A stretch of 61,994 nucleotides of DNA from Eubacteriales bacterium (lineage in GTDB: Bacteria; Bacillota; Clostridia; Oscillospirales; CAG-382), in assembly GCA_045604285.1 (NCBI GenBank), contig JAZUNS010000122.1, positions 1-61,994 on the forward strand, written 5' to 3'. Made by a program: the position numbers and the translations under genes. Every line of letters begins with the position of its first letter. Position 1 is the first letter of the stretch. Positions 55,741 through 61,994 of the stretch are shown one piece after another. The notes below the pieces were generated by a model. That model did not search any database. It was not told the origin of the DNA and saw only the letters and a list, made by a program, of their open reading frames with translations.

Positions 55741-56400
55741 ATGGACTACGAAGGTAATTATTTCCCCGATGAAGAGGAATCTTCACAAAGCAAAGGTAAA
55801 ACAGTAAGAAAAAAAATAATAAGATACGGCTTTTTTGGATTAATTTCTTTGATATACGTCGTCTCATTTGCAATATTGTTCACCAATTGCGAACTTGACC
55901 TATACACTCAAATCACTTTTTCCAAAAGAGCGCAGCAAATTTACAATGAATCTCCCGAAGATTTTGTTGTGTATGAAATGTATCCCCAGGTATTTATGAA
56001 CTATGACGGAAGCGTGCAGATAGACTGTGTAGTATATTCACCAACCGTTAACGAGCTTGAAATAGGAATAAAGTACAACAAAAAACTAATAGTAGACGGC
56101 AACGAGCCTACCTTTTTCCTTACTGATACCAATGAAAATTCATATAATGTCTGCAACGTTGTTTCAGATACTAAGGGCAGATATGTTTACGCGAGAATAT
56201 CTTTTGAGCAAGTAACGCTTAATTTAGAAGAAAATGTATATACCAACCCGGATTTCTCCGCCGATGCCGAGGGCGAAGGTGAGGCGTATGACACCTTAAA
56301 GTTCGTCTTAACGATTGATTATTCAGATTCCAAAGAAAACGAAGCACTAAGTATATTTAATAGCAACACAGCAATAGAAATAATCGATTTTAAACGATAA
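55741..56400 (+). CDS. Hypothetical single-pass membrane protein
   Basis: Clean 219-codon ORF with a basic N-terminus, one TM (YGFFGLISLIYVVSFAILF) and a beta-rich ectodomain. I recognise no motif. Confidence 0.7.
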   Translation: MDYEGNYFPDEEESSQSKGKTVRKKIIRYGFFGLISLIYVVSFAILFTNCELDLYTQITFSKRAQQIYNESPEDFVVYEMYPQVFMNYDGSVQIDCVVYSPTVNELEIGIKYNKKLIVDGNEPTFFLTDTNENSYNVCNVVSDTKGRYVYARISFEQVTLNLEENVYTNPDFSADAEGEGEAYDTLKFVLTIDYSDSKENEALSIFNSNTAIEIIDFKR

Positions 56401-56431
56401 ACTTTTTCAATTTTAGGAGATTGATAGTTTT

Positions 56432-57331
56432 ATGTTTTATTTAAAGAAAGCTATGCTTGGTATTACAGCACTTGCGCTGTCTTTCGGTGTCCATTCAGCT
56501 AATTTTTATTTTTACAATCAAGATAGCATCGACACGAATAAAGCAGAAGCGCACGCAGATACCGTGGAAAGTATCAATGACAAAACTATGGATTTTTTGT
56601 TTCCTTATGTCGAAGTAGAAAGCACACCTGAGGAACCGGACTCCAGCACTCCTGCACCGTCATTGAACGTACCGGCAAATATGACGTATTCCGATGCTGA
56701 GTTTTCTAAGTTTAGCGACACATATCTTGGAGAAACTGCCGATGCAGGTGAAAACTACTTTGAAGATATTGTTTTTTGCGGCGATAGCTTGACATACGGT
56801 TTAGGATTGGACTCCAGATATTTAGGAAACTACAGTGTTGTTGCTTGGGGCGGGTTGGGTGTATACGATTACTTGGATTTTAAAAGTAAGCCTTGCTTTA
56901 ATAAGTCAGAAGAATTAAAATCGCCTATCGAGTGGCTTACCGAAATGCAGCCCTCGGTTGTTTACATAATGTTAGGGACCAACGGAATTGCAGTCTGGTC
57001 TAATGAATTGCACATAAACCTATACAACGAGATGCTTGACAGAATAGAAAGTGCTATTCCAAACGCTACTATAGTTCTTGTCGGCATCCCTGCTTGGGCA
57101 TCATTTAAGAATACCGAAACTTTCAACGGACAAAAGGTTGATAACTTCAATATGATGCTTTTAGAAACGGCTTATGCACGCGGACACTATTATTTAAATT
57201 TCGGCGACGCCACAAGAGATGAAAACGGCAATATAAGAGATGAATTATGCTCTACCGACGGTATTCATTGGCAAAAAGCCTGCAAAGAATTATATTTGAA
57301 ATATATTAGAACTCATACAATTTTTCAATAA
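56432..57331 (+). CDS. Secreted/anchored SGNH (GDSL) hydrolase
   Basis: Block I FCGDSLTYG, block III MLGTNG and block V DGIHW, with an N-terminal signal/anchor. Confidence 0.82.
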   Translation: MFYLKKAMLGITALALSFGVHSANFYFYNQDSIDTNKAEAHADTVESINDKTMDFLFPYVEVESTPEEPDSSTPAPSLNVPANMTYSDAEFSKFSDTYLGETADAGENYFEDIVFCGDSLTYGLGLDSRYLGNYSVVAWGGLGVYDYLDFKSKPCFNKSEELKSPIEWLTEMQPSVVYIMLGTNGIAVWSNELHINLYNEMLDRIESAIPNATIVLVGIPAWASFKNTETFNGQKVDNFNMMLLETAYARGHYYLNFGDATRDENGNIRDELCSTDGIHWQKACKELYLKYIRTHTIFQ

Positions 57332-57359
57332 AACGTAAAGCCCTTCAGGAGGTGTTGTT

Positions 57360-58169
57360 TTGGATAAAGTTAAACTTCCTTACCGAATAAAGAAAAAGAT
57401 TCCTTTCCTTGCAGTATATACCATTGTCAGCTTTATTATGTTGGTAATATCAGTAATGTGTTTGTTTTCCCCGTTTTTACCAATAACAAAGGATGTATTT
57501 TCATCTACTCAACAAACTGTCTATATGTTCATCGGCGGTATATGTACGCCCTTCTTCACCTTTTTTCTTTGTTACTCTCTTTTAAATACATTTTCACCCT
57601 CTGATGGTATCGTCATAACTGAAAAAGGCTTTTATGAAAAAACCATGGCAGATGGCTGCGTAGGATTCATTTCTGCAAGCTCTATAGTATCCCTAAAGCT
57701 TTTTGGCAACAAAAAGAAGCAGTTCTTGGGAGTTAAAATTGATTCGACTGCAGTTGAAAATTTAGGAAAAACAAAACGAGCTAAGCAGGAAATATTTAAC
57801 AATGTAGAATGCGGTATGCCGGCCGTAATTATACGCAGTTGCGATATTTCTGTTCCGATAAGAGACGTATTAAATACAATGCTGCAGCTATATGCCAAGC
57901 CTAAAACGGACGAGGAGACTGTTAGCAAAGATGTCGTTTCTATAGCAGAAACCGCTACAGACGATGCAATTTTAGAGCAAGCCCCTGAACAAGATATTGA
58001 ACAGGTTGAGTTTTTGTCAATCGTGGATGATGATAATGAGCTTGTGCCCTCCCCCTCTTCCGAGGCTCTCGACGACCTTCCCCTTACCATGGCCCCTGAA
58101 CAAGATACGCCACACATCACTAATATTGACGAGCTGTTATCGCACATTCTTAACAATAAAAACAATTAA
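57360..58169 (+). CDS. Hypothetical two-TM membrane protein with acidic C-terminal tail
   Basis: TTG start with GGAGGTG 5 nt upstream. Two TM segments are followed by a ~90-aa globular part and a D/E-rich tail. Confidence 0.68.
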   Translation: MDKVKLPYRIKKKIPFLAVYTIVSFIMLVISVMCLFSPFLPITKDVFSSTQQTVYMFIGGICTPFFTFFLCYSLLNTFSPSDGIVITEKGFYEKTMADGCVGFISASSIVSLKLFGNKKKQFLGVKIDSTAVENLGKTKRAKQEIFNNVECGMPAVIIRSCDISVPIRDVLNTMLQLYAKPKTDEETVSKDVVSIAETATDDAILEQAPEQDIEQVEFLSIVDDDNELVPSPSSEALDDLPLTMAPEQDTPHITNIDELLSHILNNKNN

Positions 58170-58990
58170 TGAAAAACAAAACATTAACACTTCTTATCAC
58201 TACTGCTTTCGCATTATTAATAGCTTTTGCTGTCACATTAATAAAGGATGGCGGCAATGAGAATACAATATCAGATTCCGCCGATGGCTCTATAGATGTT
58301 ATAGAAACAAGGGATGATAGTTCCAACCATTCTGAAGATCTGACAAGCATTGAAATCTCAGCTACTGAAACTTCTGTTTTTGACAGCGAAGCGATAACCG
58401 AAAGCTCGTGTTTAGAGAGTAAAGAAACGGTCACCGAAAGCAGCGAAGAAAGCTTGTCCGAACCAGATACCGCTGACAATCTTATTAACAATTGCAAAAA
58501 TATCGTTTCTGATGGTATTTATAAGCTTGTTATAACCAAGCAACGCAGAATAGGCGGTCTGTCGTTACCGATAGTAACCACATACTGGTTTGGTAAAGAT
58601 TATATCAACATTATTGAAGCAGAAACACACAATATTTCTACGGAAATATTTATCAATTCAAACGGTGCATATATGCTTAATTTATCAGAAAATTCTGCGT
58701 ATCTTATGCCTACTTCAACCGTTAAAATCCCCACAATAAATTTTAAGACGATTGATTATGTTTCAAGTGGAAACGTTACGATTGGAAACACGGTTTATAA
58801 AGTTGAAAAGTATTACAGCAAAGAAAACGACACTTTTTACGACCTGCTGTTTAGCGCAAACGAGATACAAAAGATCAAGGTATATAAATCAGAAACAGAC
58901 TACGAGCTGATTGGTTTTGAGCTTATAGACGACATTAGCGACGGCAGAAACTGCTTGCCGCAAGGTATTGAAATCATTGACAGACGATAA
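58169..58990 (+). CDS. Hypothetical anchored/secreted protein with S/T/E-rich linker
   Basis: The ATG overlaps the upstream stop (TAATG). It has an N-terminal TM, a low-complexity linker and a ~170-aa beta-rich domain. Confidence 0.7.
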   Translation: MKNKTLTLLITTAFALLIAFAVTLIKDGGNENTISDSADGSIDVIETRDDSSNHSEDLTSIEISATETSVFDSEAITESSCLESKETVTESSEESLSEPDTADNLINNCKNIVSDGIYKLVITKQRRIGGLSLPIVTTYWFGKDYINIIEAETHNISTEIFINSNGAYMLNLSENSAYLMPTSTVKIPTINFKTIDYVSSGNVTIGNTVYKVEKYYSKENDTFYDLLFSANEIQKIKVYKSETDYELIGFELIDDISDGRNCLPQGIEIIDRR

Positions 58991-59010
58991 AAATATTGGA
59001 GTAAATTTGT

Positions 59011-60048
59011 ATGATTAGTAATCCTCTTATAGCTTTTTCAAACACTTATAACTTTCAAATAGAAAACGACTACGCCTTTGGAATCATTGAAGGATATATG
59101 GTTACTGTTTATAACAGTGGCACTAAGAAAACAGCTTTTATAAGCTGTTGCTTCCCTACTGATAGCACCCCCGAGGAGAACAAAATTAATTCTTATGCGT
59201 TTTCTGCTGAGATCAATAAAATTATTGATGACGGCTATCTTGCGCTTAAAAATTATGAGATAACTTGTGATTCTGTTTCTTTCACCACCGTAGAAGAGTT
59301 GAAAAATTTTGATAAAGCAGTAAAAAAACTAATAGAGCTTCTTATACATTTCAACATTCCCGGATGTGAGGTTTGTATTGATTGCGGAAGACCCATTGGC
59401 GATTCTCCAAAATGTGTTGTTGAAAGCCAAAACGCACACGTGATGTGCAAAGACTGCGCTGATGCATACGTTGAAGAAATTAGCAGCAGCGACGCTGTAA
59501 AGAACAAATCAAAATCACGGGTAAAAGGTACTTGTTGCTCTGTCATAGGAAGCTTATTGGGGCTTATTATTGCGCTGTTCGCCTATATTGTATTTGTTCC
59601 TGCCAATGATATTTTGGGGCTTAATCCCCTTATTCTTAATCTGCCTTTTGCGGCAATAACAACAATATTGTCATTCCTTTTTTACAGAATATTTACCGGT
59701 AACAAAAGCTTGGAGCGTATACTTCCCTGCCTTATAACTTCCGCACTATTCACCGTTATAAACGTTTATTTCTCCACGGCTATTATATATGCAAAAACAT
59801 TCGGAGTGTCCTCTTTCAATAGCGCATCCGGCGTTATGGGTATAATATTAAAATCCCCTGTTAACAATCCATATTTTAAGTCCGACGCCCTTTCTCACCT
59901 ATTTTACAGCGTAGTAATAGTAATAATCGTTGTATTGATATACTCAATAATTTTTGAAGAAAAGAAAGTGGCACCTTTAAAGGTATTTCCTATGAATTCC
60001 GGTAACATTGAATCCACCGATTACACAGAACCCAAAGAAGAGATTTAA
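59011..60048 (+). CDS. Hypothetical membrane protein with cytoplasmic Cys-rich (zinc-ribbon-like) domain
   Basis: A GGAG RBS is present. The soluble N-terminal domain carries CEVCIDCG..C..HVMCKDC, followed by about 5 TM segments. Confidence 0.7.
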   Translation: MISNPLIAFSNTYNFQIENDYAFGIIEGYMVTVYNSGTKKTAFISCCFPTDSTPEENKINSYAFSAEINKIIDDGYLALKNYEITCDSVSFTTVEELKNFDKAVKKLIELLIHFNIPGCEVCIDCGRPIGDSPKCVVESQNAHVMCKDCADAYVEEISSSDAVKNKSKSRVKGTCCSVIGSLLGLIIALFAYIVFVPANDILGLNPLILNLPFAAITTILSFLFYRIFTGNKSLERILPCLITSALFTVINVYFSTAIIYAKTFGVSSFNSASGVMGIILKSPVNNPYFKSDALSHLFYSVVIVIIVVLIYSIIFEEKKVAPLKVFPMNSGNIESTDYTEPKEEI

Positions 60049-60095
60049 GCAGCTTTTAAGAATCACGCTGCACAATTAATGCGGAGGTGAGCTTT

Positions 60096-60770
60096 ATGCG
60101 AGTTTTAGTAGTAGAAGACGAACAACGCATTGCTAACGCTTTATGCAGGATGATGGAAGATTGTAAATATGCATGTGACGTTGTCTACGACGGCATGGAT
60201 GGATATTTATACGCAGAAAGCGACATATACGACATTATAATCTTAGATATAATGTTGCCCCGTATGAACGGCATTGAAATAGTAAAGAAATTGCGAGAAA
60301 AAAGAATTAAAACACCTGTTTTACTTCTTACTGCCCGTGGTGAAACTGAAGAAAAGGTTAAGGGACTTGACAGCGGCGCCGACGATTATATGACAAAGCC
60401 ATTTGCCAAAGAAGAGCTTTTAGCAAGAGTAAGGGCATTGACACGCAGACAGGGTGAAGTTATTTTAGACGAAATCACATTTTCAGATATTACGCTAAAT
60501 TTATCAAGCTACACGTTAAACAGAGGTGAAAAATCTGTACATTTGGGCTTAAAAGAATTTGAAATTTTAAAGATTCTAATGTCTAACCCTAAAAGTGTTA
60601 CCCAAAAAGAGGATTTGATAACAAAGGTATGGGGCTATGATTCCGATGCGGAAGATAACAACGTTGAGGTATATATTTCTTTTATCCGCAAAAAACTTGC
60701 TTTTTTAGGCTCTAACGTTGTAATCGGAACTGTAAGAAAAATAGGCTACTTTTTGGAGGTCTCCTCTTGA
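60096..60770 (+). CDS. OmpR-family response regulator
   Basis: Receiver domain (VLVVEDE, DIIILDIMLP, K at MTKPF) plus a winged-helix output domain (LTRRQ.., EVYISFIRKK). ATG 60096 has GGAGGTG upstream. Confidence 0.93.
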   Translation: MRVLVVEDEQRIANALCRMMEDCKYACDVVYDGMDGYLYAESDIYDIIILDIMLPRMNGIEIVKKLREKRIKTPVLLLTARGETEEKVKGLDSGADDYMTKPFAKEELLARVRALTRRQGEVILDEITFSDITLNLSSYTLNRGEKSVHLGLKEFEILKILMSNPKSVTQKEDLITKVWGYDSDAEDNNVEVYISFIRKKLAFLGSNVVIGTVRKIGYFLEVSS

Positions 60771-61927
60771 TTGCTAAACTCAGGATCAAGTTTGTTTCTA
60801 TCATGATGTTGATGGTTACTATTGTAATGCTGCTTGCTTTCTATTTCAATTACGTTATAATTAAAACTAATATGTATGAGCAAAGCATACAAACCTTAGA
60901 AGACGTTTTGAAGCACGGCAGATCTAATGACGCAAAGTCGTTTATTGTCAAAAAGGACGTTACAGGAATATACCAGCAACCAGGGCGCGAACGCGAAGAT
61001 ATAGAGCTTTTGGTAGAGGAAGCTTTGCTTTCTGAAAGCGACGTTGGTGAGATTGAGCAGGAAAAATTAAGGTTTATGAAAATAAACGTTCGCAGTTCCG
61101 TTCATATAGCTTTTACCAGCACGGTTGAAGAAAACATTACGCTTTATAATATGATGCGTTTCTCGACCTTCATAATAATATGCTGTTCTTTTGTAATCTT
61201 AGGCATTTCTGTTTTTTTGGCATATATTGCTACAAAGCCGATTTCAAAATCAATAACTGTTCAAAAGCAGCTTATCGCTGATGCGTCACACGAACTTAAA
61301 ACCCCTGTTACTGCAATTATTGCTTCTACAGATGTTCTTCTTTCCGACGCTTCCTTAACACCGGATGAACATAACTGGATTAGCGGTATAAAAACTTCTG
61401 CAGAAGATATGTCTTTTTTAATAAGTGATATGCTTCAATCGGCAAGCAACGAAAAGAAGCACACAAAAAACACTTTTGCAAAGATTGATCTATCTGACGT
61501 TGTTACGTCAACATGCTTAAATTTTGAAGCTGTTTTTTTTGAGGCTGGAAAAGAATTCTCATACACGATAGAAGATAATCTTATAATTATGGGAAATTTA
61601 AGCTCTATAAAGCAACTAATCAGAATCTTTTTGGATAATGCCTGCAAGCACTCTAATAACAAAGGGCGTATTCATTTAAGTTTAAAAGCGGTTAACGACT
61701 ACGCAGAGCTTTTTGTGCACAATACGGGAACACAAATACCGCAAGAAGAGTTGGCAAATATTTTTGATAGATTCTATCGCGTAGATAAATCACGATCTTC
61801 AACGTCAGGCTCTGGGCTGGGGCTATCTATTGCAAAACGAATAGCAGAAGAACATTCAACTAAAATCGGAGTCGGCAGCGAAATTACAGGAACATACTTT
61901 TGTATCGATTTCAAATTATCAAAATAA
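60767..61927 (+). CDS. Sensor histidine kinase
   Basis: Two TM segments flank a ~110-aa loop. H-box DASHELKTPV, N-box LDNACKHS and G-box GSGLGLSIAKRI are present. The start overlaps the RR stop. Confidence 0.92.
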   Translation: MIAKLRIKFVSIMMLMVTIVMLLAFYFNYVIIKTNMYEQSIQTLEDVLKHGRSNDAKSFIVKKDVTGIYQQPGREREDIELLVEEALLSESDVGEIEQEKLRFMKINVRSSVHIAFTSTVEENITLYNMMRFSTFIIICCSFVILGISVFLAYIATKPISKSITVQKQLIADASHELKTPVTAIIASTDVLLSDASLTPDEHNWISGIKTSAEDMSFLISDMLQSASNEKKHTKNTFAKIDLSDVVTSTCLNFEAVFFEAGKEFSYTIEDNLIIMGNLSSIKQLIRIFLDNACKHSNNKGRIHLSLKAVNDYAELFVHNTGTQIPQEELANIFDRFYRVDKSRSSTSGSGLGLSIAKRIAEEHSTKIGVGSEITGTYFCIDFKLSK

Positions 61928-61944
61928 TGTATTTAAAATCTAAA

Positions 61945-61969
61945 GGGCATCGTAGTTAAAACGATGCCC
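61945..61969. terminator. Hairpin after the kinase gene
   Basis: GGGCATCG-tagttaaaa-CGATGCCC. The T-rich tract is clearer on the minus strand, so it may serve a convergent gene beyond the window. Confidence 0.5.
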
Positions 61970-61994
61970 TCAAGCTGATGACAAACCCTGTCAT

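Noticed and set aside
1-61994. Mobile elements, CRISPR arrays, tRNA/rRNA genes, toxin-antitoxin or defence cassettes
   Set aside because: I saw no transposase-, integrase- or Cas-like ORF, and no regularly spaced direct repeats. No spacer is large enough to hold an rRNA, and I saw no cloverleaf-like sequence in the intergenic regions. This is by-eye inspection only and does not replace tRNAscan or Infernal.

Overview
This is a chromosomal window from a low-GC Gram-positive anaerobe. It looks Clostridia-like: pyruvate:ferredoxin oxidoreductase (PFOR), a single-chain PurL, a PurO-type IMP cyclohydrolase and a ZTP riboswitch. I saw no rRNA, tRNA, CRISPR array, IS element or prophage signal. The layout is as follows. 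(1) Plus strand, 1-10.5 kb: metA-nadABC, phoH-ybeY-era-recO, mutS2 and tcdA. (2) Minus strand, 10.5-35.9 kb: one continuous nucleotide-metabolism block. It holds a NupNOPQ-like nucleoside ABC importer and xpt behind an unclassified leader. It also holds purE-F-M-N-purO-purH-purD-purL behind a ZTP riboswitch, and pyrC-carB-pyrK-D-F-E-B behind a tandem-hairpin attenuator. (3) Minus strand, 36.0-48.7 kb: a 12.7 kb operon that I rate as the most novel content. It encodes a ~1176-aa solute-binding protein with duplicated beta-sandwich modules and two separate binding-protein-dependent permease pairs. It also encodes a lipoprotein NHL-propeller/TPR/Yip1-like membrane fusion and a ~950-aa secreted protein of unknown function. 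There is no ATPase and no regulator. (4) 49-62 kb: a VanY/M15-like peptidase with variant metal motifs, PFOR, comM, five uncharacterised envelope proteins, and an OmpR-type response regulator with a histidine kinase. Enzyme-level oddities are a PurF homologue without the N-terminal catalytic Cys, carB without carA, and PyrB fused to only the zinc domain of PyrI. All calls come from reading the translations and sequence by eye; no database search was run.
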